A stretch of DNA of 64,000 nucleotides from Ruditapes philippinarum (taxonomy: Eukaryota), in contig NW_026866660.1 of the NCBI RefSeq assembly GCF_026571515.1, positions 1-64,000 of the forward strand, written 5' to 3'. The position numbers and the translations under genes were made by a program. Positions 29,601 to 42,303 of the stretch are shown here, piece after piece. The notes under the pieces were generated by a model. That model did no database searches and was not told the origin of the DNA. It saw only the letters and a list, made by a program, of their open reading frames with translations. Every line of letters starts with the position of its first letter. Within the stretch, counting starts at the first letter, position 1.

Positions 29601-32419
29601 GTTGGAGCTATTGTTGTTTCGCTAGTCGTTGGAATTCTTACTGGCATGCTTTGTACCTGGATTGTTCTGTATAGGAAACGAAAGTCTCAAGGTAATTATC
29701 TACTAAAAATATATAATTTGCATAAATAATTATTCCTGACATACTTGCATTTTCATATACCCTACTAAAAAGATAATTATAATGCGAATATTGCATACTT
29801 TTGTGTTTTTATTTAAAAATAGATATAATAACAATACAAATAACGTGTATATTCTTTATAAAGTGCCTCCAATTTATCACTTTCCCGTTTTATAGCCTAA
29901 AAATTACGATTACCTATTGGTAAATTATCAAAAATCTCTTACTATTGTCTAGTTATTTACATGATATGTGCCATGAAATAATGTTTGTATAATGTAACAA
30001 TGTTTAATTTTTTACCAAACGCTTTAGATTTCAATCAAATTACTTCATTTATGTGATAATAATTTATTATTTATACCTACTTATATCTAGCTTTTAACAA
30101 CGACCATTAAAGTGATAAAAATCTGATTTCTCAAAAGGTCAAAAACAATGGTATCAAAACTTAAGTGCTGTGAAGTATTTCGATATGACCAAATTTGTAA
30201 AAAAAATAACAAGGCAAAATTTATTTTATAATATAGTAACATACATAATTTTAAAAGGCACAATTTGATGATATTGTATACTAACAAAATAGGTCAGTCG
30301 CAGCAAGAACAACTACACTCTATACAGGCTCAGGAAACTGTGTTTAATAACATTTTATCAACATCGTAAGTAATATATTTTTCTAAATCTTTAAGTTAAA
30401 CTTGTAAATGTTGTTAATATTTCGTTTTAGTTAAGAATATGACTATGAACAATATTCGGAGATTGAGTCAGACATAGGTGGACACAAAAACAGCAAACAA
30501 ACAAACAACAAACTATGTTACATAGTCTGTTTGAAAAGTCATGATTTATTGGGCTACTTACAAGGACAATTGGGCCATATCGATATCGCCGTAATGATTG
30601 GATATAAGTTTGAATGTAATTATTATTTTTAGAAACATGTACGAGCAACTTCAAAACCGGACAGAAATGGAAAACAAAGCAAATTATGACACTCTGAAAG
30701 GTAAATGTTTGAAAGTACTCGTTTTGTCCTAAATATAGTGTTGGTATAAAAACATTATTACTTTTAACAATAAATTCTCCTCAAGCTGGAAAAATCAATT
30801 CAAGTAGTATTTATTATATCATGTTCATCCACCAACTAGTTCTGCTTAACTGTGCTCGTTCGTCCATTAGTAAAGAATTCCCAAGCAAGTATTTTGACAA
30901 CCAAGTATAGAAGGATCTGAAGATTACGATAGTAGATTCATTTCACAAAAAAGTTTTAGTCGCATCAATTTGATCTAAAATTGGTTTAATCGTGTTATTC
31001 ATGTAATATTATATCCATACATTAAGAAATCTTAAAATTGATTTATTTTTATTTTTGTTATATTGTTATAAACAAGGTAACATCCAAGTAAGAAATTATG
31101 GGTATTTCCGTCCTAGGTGTAAAAATTTTACATACTTTAATGGTCTTATGCTCCAGGGGTCATAATAAGTTATATGTGACTGCATATCAAGAAAGATTCT
31201 ACATGTAGAAGGTAATTCCGAAATTGGAAGTGTTCTCCCTCAACAGGTGCGTGGAGGACGGAAGACGGAGAATACTTCCGGTAGGATTTACCTTCTGTAA
31301 ATATCGTCTACATGTAGAATCATTTCTAACATACAGGCACATAAGACTTAGTTTCACTCGTGGAGCATTAGGCCATTAAAAAGTATATAAAAACCAGTTG
31401 CATGTGTGTTTGACCCATTTGGTCTCTCTGTTGATGCATTTCAATCGTAACATGTCATGACGGTCTCATCCTGGGCAAAATCTTATTTTTGGGCTTTTCT
31501 GCTTTTCTGAAGATTTGCTCATAGTCAGTTTTGATAGAAAAATATGTATTGCATTGATTCCATGCAAAAAATCCGGCAAAAAAATGACACCGAGAATGGG
31601 CATACCAATTATTTTCGTACTTGGATGTTGCACACCTTGTCTATAACAATTTAACAGAAACATAATATGTTTTCTTTTATTTTACATATTTTTAATATTT
31701 GGATAAAATATAACATGAATAACAAGATTAAACATATTTTAGGTCAAATCAATGCGACAAGCACTTTTGATTTTACGTACTAAATCGTATGCGTATTTTT
31801 ATGCTGCAGAAATATTGCTTTCCTTATTACATTGTACTGTATGGAATCCTAATCGTTATCAATTACCTTGATTTAGAGCAGACATTTATCATCTGACATG
31901 TAAAAATAAAGATGCATTACTAAATTTATTGTGATGACCTTCGTTTTAAATATTTCATTCGACCATGTTTAGCTGTTTTAACAATACATCAACATTTTGA
32001 ATAATTTCAGGCGATTCTGGTAACAAGATAAGCAGGTCAGTAGAATTCAATAGAATCTTTATTTAAGACATTTATGTAACAACATTTACGTGAAAGTCTG
32101 GAACTATTTCTTGAGTACTAAATACACATGAGTGTCTTTGAAGTATTGAAATATAATAATAGTTAAAATCAATGTCATTGATATGGTAACACGATTTCCA
32201 AATGATTTTCGTGTAAGATAAATATGTGTTACAAAATTATATGGATCAATTTATTTTATTATGTATTTCAAAAACAGGCTATGTTACTTATTTAAAAATT
32301 TAAGTGTTCATATCTATTTTTTTTATTATTTCAGCCAAACACATTATGAGAGACTTCAGCAGGGAGCAAATGAATTATTGTCCTATGAAACGCTTAACAT
32401 ACCTAATAAAAGTGCTTAA
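23676..32419 (+). CDS. Gene B: type I IgSF receptor (signal peptide, two Ig domains, stalk, TM, tail with two ITAM-like motifs), about 445 aa
   Basis: Exons 23676-23751, 24090-24515 (LTMIC..WDSLA..CDDARAYKC), 24878-25294 (IELTCTANIG..IRWRR..FECYI), 27695-27736, 29566-29691 (TM, MVGAIVVSLVVGILTGMLCTWIVLY-RKRK), 30293-30365, 30633-30700 (YEQL-x11-YDTL), 32011-32035, 32335-32419 (YERL-x9-YETL, stop). All GT-AG; the 1338-nt join is an open frame. Confidence 0.85.
25404..26116. mobile_element. MITE, same family as 1675-2157
   Basis: TACCATATAAGTACTTTTTTCTGCGG / CCGCAGAAATAAGTACTTTTACGGTA terminal inverted repeats; subterminal CGCAGA repeats. Confidence 0.7.
26225..27184 (-). mobile_element. Helentron/HINE-like element, reverse orientation
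   Basis: Hairpin CCCCCA..TGGGGG and GTCC/GTCG microsatellite at left, degenerate internal repeats, CTAGTT end at right. Confidence 0.6.
28855..29012. mobile_element. Palindromic MITE (long hairpin)
   Basis: TGTGTAAGATG.AATTTTATTTCATC...TTTAAAAACAGTATTCTCAC-TCGTGGCTACGCCACTC-GTGAGAATACTGTTTTTAAA...GATGAAATAAAATT.CATCTTACACA. Confidence 0.8.
31132..31386. mobile_element. Degenerate foldback MITE
   Basis: TTTAATGGTCTTATGCTCCA / TGGAGCATTAGGCCATTAAA outer arms and GATTCTACATGTAGA / TCTACATGTAGAATC inner arms. Confidence 0.65.
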
Positions 32420-33039
32420 CGAACAATTCGCAAACATCCAAGCTGTTGGTGACATTAATGGAATGAATAAAAACATATATAATCAAGAAATATCATTAAT
32501 AACCCCTAGTTAACCCAAACATCAAATAAATTTTAATATATTTAGATCAAATATTTCGATGGAACAATGTTATTTGTACGTAAGACTTATTAATTGTGAA
32601 CATTCAATTATTACCAGAAAATCACTTAAAGAATAACCCGCGCAACGGGAGCTATAAGGAACTGAAAAGTTATTAATTAACATGGGTCAGATAAACACCT
32701 TAAAGGACACCTGTATGCAAAATTTAAACAAACTTTATTGTATGGAAAACGAGTTTTGTCCACTTATCTGAACTGACGCTTAAATGTTAGAAGGGCCTTT
32801 TTTCGGGAACCATGTACTAAATACATGAAATTTATCTATGTATTTTCTTTATGAGCGATTGAAAAAATTATATATAGTTGAATAACTTTAAATATATCAA
32901 TAAAGTTATTTGTATTGATAGAACTTATGTAAAAATAAAGGTACTTTTATAAACTTATTGTGATGATCTTCATTGAGAATAATTCAATGTACCTTGCTTA
33001 GATTTTTTAACTATACATCAACATTTTAAATATTTTCAG

Positions 33040-33447
33040 CCGATTCTGTTAACAAGATAAAAAGGTCAGGAGAATTCAATACAGTTTTAATTTGGGAACT
33101 TTGTGTAACAACATTACGTGAAATTCTAGAACTGCTTCTTGAGTACGAAATGCACATGAATGGCTTTGAAATACTGAAATATTATAGGAGAAAATGATTT
33201 CATTGAAACACGATTAATTTTCCAAATGATTTCGTGTATGACAAATATGTTTTGTTTCACAAAATTGTATGGGTCATTGTATTATTCTATGCATTTTAGA
33301 AAAAGGCAATGTGATTCATTCAAAACTTTAAATGTTCTGATCAATTTTTGTTTTTATTTCAGCCAAACACATTATGAGAGACTTCAGCAGGGAGTAAATG
33401 AATTTTCGTCCTATGAAGCGCTTAACATACCTAATAGAAGTGCTTAA
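33040..33447 (+). CDS. Duplicate, intact alternative terminal exon pair of gene B
   Basis: Exons 33040-33064 and 33363-33447 (SQTHYERLQQGVNEFSSYEALNIPNRSA*) within an approximately 1.03-kb tandem duplication of about 31900-32930; splice sites and downstream AATAAA retained. Confidence 0.7.
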
Positions 33448-35754
33448 CGAACAGTTCGCAAACATCCAGGAAGTTGATGAAATGAATGGAATGAATGAGG
33501 AACATATTCAAGAAATATCATTTAGTTCTCCTCATTAACCCAAACATCAAATAGATTTTAATATATACATGTCAAATATCCGATGGAACAGTGTTGTCTG
33601 TATATAAGATATATTTAATTGTGAACATTTATCACCATAAAAAAGGGTATGACCATCCTAACGGGCACTATGAGGAACTGAAAAGTTATTAATTAACATA
33701 GGTCAAATATACACCTTAAACTGTATGCACAATTTCAACAAACTTTATCGTATGGAAATCGAGTTATGTCCACTTATCCGAACTGACGCTAAAATGTTAG
33801 AAGGGCCTTTTTTCAGAAACCATGTACTGAATACATTAATTTCATCTATGCATATTCTTTATGAGCGATTTGAAAAAAAATATAGTTGAATAACTTTCAA
33901 TATCTGAATAAAGTTATTTGTATTGATAGCACTTACATGACTTATGGCCTGAATTTCAAATTAACACGATGAGTTTTAGCTCGTATCATTGTGCTTTATG
34001 ATTATTCTAAATACATGGCTCTTGTTCCAGCAATAAATAGGGATGCATTCACGGAATGGCTAAAGGGTAATTGAGCTCCCAGTTAATTTCTCCGCACCAT
34101 GCCATCTTGCAAAAAAAAACACAAAAAAACATTTCCTATGTTATTTAAATTAAGGTCGAATTATTTGTCTGCTGAACACTCTTAGCAGCTTTGTATACAT
34201 GCACTCATGTCACTTGTTGATATAATGCCCTTATCCATATGTCAATCAGCTTGTGTCTCTTATTATTTCAGTTAAGATAGAGTTACAACTTAAATGCCTA
34301 TTCTACTTGTATATTAAGGTATGAACATCGTAATGCATTACCTCCGCTTTGAAGAGTACAATAATTTATTCAAATAGGCTAGAACTATTGTCAACTTCAT
34401 TGAAACTTGGCCGTGGGTTCAAACACACCATAGGGTCAACTTCTTTTCTTTTAACATTATGAATCTCTCATTTTCCGTTTGGGACTGAAAAAGTGTTTAA
34501 TTTTAATTGTTTAATCTTATTAAATAAAGTATTTATTAACTTAATCTAATATCAAATACGGTACCTGATATTTTCAAAGTGTAATAAAATCAAAACTACA
34601 CGATAGTATTTATATTTTACAAGATTGACCAATAAACTTATGAACCAAAAAATAGGGAAACTTTGAAAACAGAACTTTAATGGATTTTTTAATTAGGCTC
34701 TCTAGCACCTTTTAAAAATGGGTGGAATAGAGTTACATTTTATATATATTCCATAAATGTTGAGAAGAATAAATCATTTTGCTTATGTTGTTTGTCAACT
34801 GAATGGTACTATTTGTTTCTTACCAAATAGTAATGGGAAAACATTTTTCATTAGAATGATATTGTAGATTATTTTAAAGATCCTTATTTCTGTTGCGCAA
34901 AATTAAATACCTAAACACGTCTGAGAAATAAAATTTGCTCGAATGGTTGCAAATCAAAGACATGTCAACATATTTGAACTTATCTGCAACCCTAAACTAA
35001 CAATCTTTATACATATTTTTAAATGTGTCTCTACTCCAATGTACGTAATAACCATGCGATGTTTGTGTGCATAGATGTGTATCAGTTCTGCTGCGGATAG
35101 GCAATGAACGCTCCAAATTTCCAAACAATGTTCTTAATTCTAAAAGCCCATAAGAAGATATGGGCTACTCGTAATATCTTCAGGTCATAAGTTGTCGATT
35201 CTAAAACCCCATATCAAGATACAGTGTTTAAAATTAATTATTTTAGGTAAAGGTGACAAAGTATAATAATATGAAAAACTATAAAAAAAGCATTCAAGTG
35301 AAATGTTTTATTGAACTTAACGTACTGTGCAAAATTATATAACATGTCTGCTTGACAAATCATCAGCAAATAAAAATCACTGATAAAAAATTGAATATTC
35401 AAGAACAAATTCAACAGTTATAAACAAATGAATATTCAAAAATAAAATGAAATAGTTATAAACTATTGAACATTCAAAAACAAATTAATTACAGGTTCAA
35501 AGTAATGCATTAAAATACATAGTTACATGTAATGATATGCTGATTGTTAGATGTGTAATGATATGCACATAATTCTGTGTAATAGAATGTCAACTAGTTT
35601 AATGCTACTTTGAAACCGTACAAGTTTAATAACAATGTTTCGAATAAAAAAGTTAAAGTAAAGATGCATACAATATGTAGGGATTCATGTAAAATTATAC
35701 AATAAAACAAGACATTCAGGTAAGTAAATCGTTATACGACATCAAAACTATATA

Positions 35755-36995
35755 AAGCGATACATGTAGCGTTATACAACTATGAAACTAGGTTTAGTGA
35801 TTCATTTAACGTTATACAACTATAAAACTATGTTAAACGATTCATGTAACATTATACAACTATGTAACTATGTTAAGAGATTCATGTAACGTTACAAAAC
35901 AGTGAAACTATATTAAGAGATTCATGTAACGTTACAAAACAGTGAAACTATATTGAGATACATGTAACGTTACAAAACAGTGAAACTATATTAAGAGATA
36001 CATGTAACGTTACAAAACAGTGAAACTATATTAAGAGATTCATGTAACGTTACAAAACAGTGAAACTATATTAAGAGATACATGTAACATCATACAACAA
36101 CAAAATTAAATTCAGCGATTCATGTAACGTTTTACAACAATGAAACTATATAAAGCAATTCATGTAACGTTAAACAAGATGAAACTATATAAAGCGATTC
36201 ATGTAACGTTAAACAACAATGAAACTATGTTAAGTGAGTCATGTAACGTTATACAACTATGAAACTGTGTTAAGTTATTCATGTAACGTTAAACAGATAT
36301 GAAACTATGTTAGACGATTTATGTAACGATATACAACTATGAAACTATGTTAAGTTAGACATATAACGTTATACAACTATGAAACTATGTTAAGTTATTC
36401 ATGTAACGTTAAACAACTATGAAACGATGTTAGACGATTTATGTAACGTTATACAACTATTATACTATGTTAAGTGAGTCATGTAACGTTATACAACTAT
36501 GAAACTATGTTAAGTTATTCATGTAACGTTAAACAACTATGAAACTATGTTAGACGATTTATGTAACGATATACAACTATTATACTATGTTAAGTGAGAC
36601 ATGTAACGTTATACAACTTTGAAACTATGTTAAATTATTCATGTAACGTTAAACAACTATGAAACTATGTTAGGCGATTTATGTAACGATATACAACTAT
36701 GATAAGTGAGTCATGTAACGTTATACAACTTTAAAACACTTTTAGATGATTCATGTAATGTTAAACAACTATGAAACTATGGTAAGTGAGTCATGAAACG
36801 TTATATAACAATGAAACTATGTTAAGCGACTCATGTTACGTTATACAACTACCAAACTATATATTGAGCTATAAAATTACAAAACTACATAATGCAATTC
36901 ATGTCATATTATTCAAGAACGGAACTATGTTTAGCGATTCATGTAATGTTAAACTATGTTAAGCGATTCATGTAATGTCAATATACATCTACGAA
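35755..36995. repeat. 40-bp minisatellite, about 30 copies, with a 120-bp higher-order block
   Basis: Unit approximately ATTCATGTAACGTTATACAACTATGAAACTATGTTAAGCG; three alternating variants at 36231-36700. Confidence 0.95.
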
Positions 36996-38019
36996 ACTAT
37001 ACTTTTAAATCAAGATTATCCTAACTCCGAAATAATTTTAGTTGATTAATGAAATTTATTTTCAAATGAAAAAAAATACTTTGAAGTAAAATATTTCACA
37101 AAAAATTACAAAATATAAATTAATAAAATTAGCCTGAATAATGTTATGTTTGGCTTAATAATGCTAAAATTGTGAATACTGATAATGTTCACCGATCAGC
37201 AGTGACATGGTTGGACTAAGTTGTTAACATTCTCATAATGCTCATCAAGGCAAGGGAGTTTATAGCTTTACCAAGATTTTAGTTCAATATGTTACCCATA
37301 TATCAGCTACGTAGAGAATACCATGCTACTGTTGGCCAACCTCGCCCAATGGGGCCCACATAAGCCTTGCTTTACAACATACATATTAAAAGATAGTACC
37401 ATGTTTTAAATTTATTTATCATCCAAAAAAGTAAAACATACTGATCAAGTTGTTCAAAAATTTAGATGAAATTATTGATTAATTAACGAAAGACTCTGCA
37501 TTAAATTCTGTTGTTATGGAATTATCTTGTTCAAACAGGGTTTACGTTAATTCAAAAAACTGGCGGTTATTTTTTTAATGTTTTTGTAAATATTATTCAA
37601 AGCGTTATCTGTTTTTCAAGATAAAGTCATACATAAAACATAATTGAAACGACCTCCTTCGGACAGACGTACAGATATACGGACATCATTGACATAACCT
37701 TTGCTATAATTACATAGGTCATCAATACTAGGCATCATCAACCTAAAAAGGTTTATGTGAAGCACAAATGGCAAAAATCCAATCATACACATAAATTGTA
37801 TACCATAAAACAAATTGTATAATAAAAAACTATTATTATTCTTGCAATCTTGATCTTAAACCATACTGGCCTGCCGTCTTACACATAACAAATGTCTTCT
37901 TATGTTTCTGAATTTCTTTGTTGTTTTCGGTTGTATGTACGTTTTTCTACTCTTTTTTTTTCGGAGGGTGCTCTTTAGACAATCTGAATAATTGAATAAA
38001 CAATCTCATAACTGACCTT

Positions 38020-40855
38020 GAAATGTTCTTATATGTAACGCTTAAGGTAATGACTAAGGCTATAATCGCATATATCTCATATGAATGTTTTTTCTCCAGT
38101 ATGAATTACCAAAAGCTCCTTATACAATCGCAACACCAACAACTGATATGTGAATGAGTATTCTTCCTACTAAGTCCATGTGACCTATAATGGTATTTTA
38201 TACTGCAAACACCACATCTAAATGGTTCTTCTCCAGTATGAAGTCTCAAATGGCCCGAAAACTATCCTGAAAGCTGAATGTAGTATTAAGTTCATCACAT
38301 TCGAATGGTTATGTACCAGTATGAATTCACATGTGACGTACGCTTTTAAAGAGGAAACACTTGTGAATGAATCGTTTGCCTCATACATCACATTACAATG
38401 TATTTTCCTCATGTAAAGCCTATGAAAACAGCTATCATAACAAACTCGTTTGCAACCTATCACATTTGAATGATTTTTCTCCTGTGTTCCTCCTGTGAAG
38501 CTTACGAGAACACCCATGCCAGATTCGTTTTGTTACACACATCACATTTGAATGATTGTTGTCCAATATGAGTTCTCAACTGATTCTTAAGACAATTTGA
38601 ACGAACATTTAAACGTACAATCACAGAACTGACATTAAGATGTCTTCTCGAGAATGTATTGACATGTGACGCTAAAAGTTATCTTTAAAAACTATAATAA
38701 ACATCATACTTGATTGGTTTTTACTCAAGTATGCATCCTCAAATGTCAATTCATTTTATTTTCTGTGTTTAAGTTTAAGTACGTAAGACACATCTAAATG
38801 GCTTTGCTTTTGCTATGTGTGCTCATATGCCGCTTTAAATAACGTTTTAGACTGAATGTTTTAGCACATAAATCACACTTGAATGTTTTTTCTGATATAT
38901 GTATGCTCATATGCCGCTTTAAAGAACGTTTCAGACTGAATGTTTTAGCACATTAATCACACTTAAATGTTTTTTCTGATATATGTATGCTCATATGCTG
39001 CTTTAGAGTTCCTTTGAGACGGAATGTTCTAGCACACAGTTCACATTTGAATGTTTTTTCTTTGGTATGTATGCTTATATGTGTCTTAAGACTACCTTTG
39101 AAACTGGTTTTAAAACCACATAAATCACATTTGAATGTTTTCTCCGGTATATGTATGCTCATATGCCTCTCCAGAGTATGTTTTTGATGGAATGTTCTAT
39201 CACATAAATCACACTTGAATGGTTTTTCTGATTTATGTATGCGTATATGCTTGTTTAAATTTCCTTTTTGATTGAATGGTCTAGCACATACTTCACATTT
39301 GAATGTTTCTTCTGATAGATGTATGCTTATATGCGTATTTAGAGTTTGTTTCAGTCTAAATGTTCTAGTACATAAATCACACTTGAATGGTTTTTCTGAT
39401 AAATGAATGCTCTTATGCTTCTTTAGGTAACCTTTTAGACGGAATGATTTAGCACATACTTCACACTTGAATGTTTTTTCTGACTTATGTATGCTTATAT
39501 GCTGCTTTAGATTTCCTTTTGTACGGAATGTTTCAGCACATACTTCACATTTGAATGGTTTTCCTGATATATGTATGCTTATATGCTTTTTTAGATATTG
39601 TTTTAGACGAAATGTTTTAGGACATACTTCACATTTGAATGGTTTTTCTTTGGTATGTATGCCTATATGTTTCGTAAGATTACTTTTTTGACTTGATTTA
39701 TAAGCACATAAATCACATTTGAATGTTTTTTCTTGTGTACTACTGTAACAGTGTATGCTCATTGTGTCTTTAGAGTTTGTTTTAGACGAAATGTTTAAGC
39801 GCATACTTCATATTTGAATGGTTTTTTTATATGTATGCTTATTTGTTTTTTAAGATTACTGTTTAGACTGATTTATAAACACATAAATCCAGTTTTGAAT
39901 GTTCATTTTTCTTTGTTATGAATGCTAAAATGTGTCTAAAAATTATTCTTTAGACTTAATTTATAAGCACAAAAATCAGACTTAAATGTTTTTTCTGATG
40001 TAATAATGCTTAAATGGGTCTTTCCTTTTCGACGGAATGAACTGGCACATAAATCATTATTTTATGGTTTTCCATTGGTATGTATATGCTCATGCTCTTA
40101 TGCTTCTGTAGATAACCTTTTAGATGGAATGATGTTGCACATAAATCATATACGTATGTTTTTTCTTGAGTAAGTATGCTGAAATGTGTCTAAAGATTTC
40201 CTTTTAAACTGGATTTATAGGTAAATAAATCATATTTGAGTGTTTTTATTTTATCTTAGGCTTTATGTTCATATGCCTGTTAAGATTAGTCTTAAAACGG
40301 AATGTACAAGTCGATATATCACATATGAAATGTTGTTTTTTTTTTGCGTAATCTTTGCTCATATATTCCTTAAGATGAGCTTTTGAATGCACTATCATAT
40401 ATATCTGATTTAAATGTTGTTTTCTTAAATGTAACATCTGATGTGTTTCTCAAGATAACACGACTGACTGGACGCTCTGTCACATATTTCTCATTTGAAT
40501 GATTCGTTTCCAATATGTATTCTTCTAGGTGTCAAAATATCACTGTTATCCTTCAAGGCATCTTTTTCAGAAACATCATAAACGACTTCTATATCTTTAC
40601 TTTGCACTTTTGCTTCTTTTTTATATGAGAGTTCATTTTTCTTGAATGAATGTTAACAAATCAAATTTTAAATATCTTTAAAATCACACAGATCAAATGT
40701 GTATGTTAACGTTTTATATGAAATCAAAGTTCAATAATTAAGTTAAATTTCCCGAGTGGTTGTACACGTTTTTTACTGCAATATGTTTTCACTTTCACAA
40801 TCACCTCTGTTCTGCATCAAAACTTGATTTAAACTGCACCATCACATGAGAATTT
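38020..40855 (-). pseudogene. Tandem C2H2 zinc-finger array, disrupted; intact core ORF 39804-38953
   Basis: Nine perfect F-K-C-x2-C-x12-H-x3-H fingers with xxEK[PT] linkers. TAA replaces the Leu codon at 38953-38955 and two further fingers follow it. Frameshifted finger relics flank both sides. Candidate splice acceptor at 40856-40857. Confidence 0.8.
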
Positions 40856-41070
40856 CTGCAAAAGAAAATATCAAACAGATAATCAACAATATGAAACAAT
40901 TAAGAACATGTTTGGAAACACAAATACCCATCCCCGGATTCTTTTCATAAGGCTGTATTAGAAAAAGTGTAAGAATTTATTGTTAGAAGAGGTACATTGA
41001 CCTTGTGACTGCCTACACTTAATCATCCAAGGATGTATGTTCAGTTAAAATGTTATTAATATCATCAATA

Positions 41071-42303
41071 AACAAGAGCCATGTCAACATGGCCATCCCC
41101 CGCCGAATGTGTTTGCTCATTGGAAGAATGTATATGTAGAAGAGCAGAATAATTCCATTTTCTTGTTCTTGTGCACTGCACTCTTCCTCAATGAGATTCA
41201 TCCACCTATGAAGTTTCAAGTTGATTCCTCAAATACTTTTTGAGATAAGCTCCGGAAAAAGAAGAAAGGGCAATAACTCAAAAAATGTACAGGGAAGAGT
41301 TATCATTCTTGTGCACAGCATTCCTCCTTAATAAAATCTATCTACCTATGACATTTCATGTTGACATCTCAAACACTTTTGAGTTATGCTCCAGTCGGGT
41401 GAAAAATTAGGTATGAAAAATAACAAAGGGCAATAACTCAAAAATTATGAAAGGTTGAGTTATCATTCTTGTGCACTGCACACCTCCTGAGTGAGATCTA
41501 TGCACCTATGAAGTTTCATTTTGATATCTCAAAGGCTTTTTGAGTTATGCTCTGGACAATAATTAATTTTGAAAAAAAGCAAAGGGCAATAACTCAAAAA
41601 TAATGCAAGGTAGAGTTATCATTCTTGTGCACTGCACTCCTCCTCAATGAGATCCATCCACCTATGAAGTTTCAAGTTGATACCTCAAATACTTTTTGAG
41701 ATAAGCTCTGGACAAAATAACATGAAAAAGAACAAAGGGCAATAACTCAAAAATTGTATAGGGAAGAGTTATCATTATTGCGCACAACATTCCTCCTCAA
41801 TAAGATCTATCCAACTATGACATTTCATGTTGATATCTCAAAAACTTTTTGAGTTTTGCTTCACTCAGGTGAAAAATTAAGTATGAAAAATAACAAAGGG
41901 CAATAACTAAACAATTATGAAAGGTAGAGTTATCATTCTTGTGCACTGCACACCTCCTGAGTGAGATATATGCACCTATGAAGTTTCATGTTGATATCTC
42001 ATAGGCTTTTGGGGTTATGCTCTGGACAAAAATCATTTTTGAAAAATAACAAAGGGAAATAACTAAAAAATTATGCAGGATAGAGTTATCATTCTTGTGC
42101 ACTGCACTCCTCCTCAATGAGGTCTATCAACTTATGAAGTTTCAAGTTGATAACTGAAATACTTTTAGAGATATGCTCCGGACAAAAATGTCGGACGGAA
42201 GGACGGACGGACGGACTAACGGATGGATGGACGGAAGGTGGGACGGACGGACGGACGGAGACTATTTCTATATCCCCCGCCGCCTTTTCGGCGGGAGATA
42301 ATA
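41071..42303 (+). mobile_element. Helentron/HINE-like element with internal satellite of about 157 bp
   Basis: AACAAG start; GGGCAATAACT-type repeats at about 41268, 41428, 41584, 41737, 41898 and 42053; (GGAC)n at 42193-42258; 3' hairpin CCCGCCG..CGGCGGG then ATAAT. Confidence 0.8.

Noticed and set aside
35755-36995. 40-bp palindromic repeat as a CRISPR array or coding repeat
   Set aside because: No spacers, and no ORF of 60 aa or more in any frame of the track.
38987-39691. Plus-strand repetitive ORFs (HTSHLNVFS...)
   Set aside because: Antisense reading of the C2H2 finger array.
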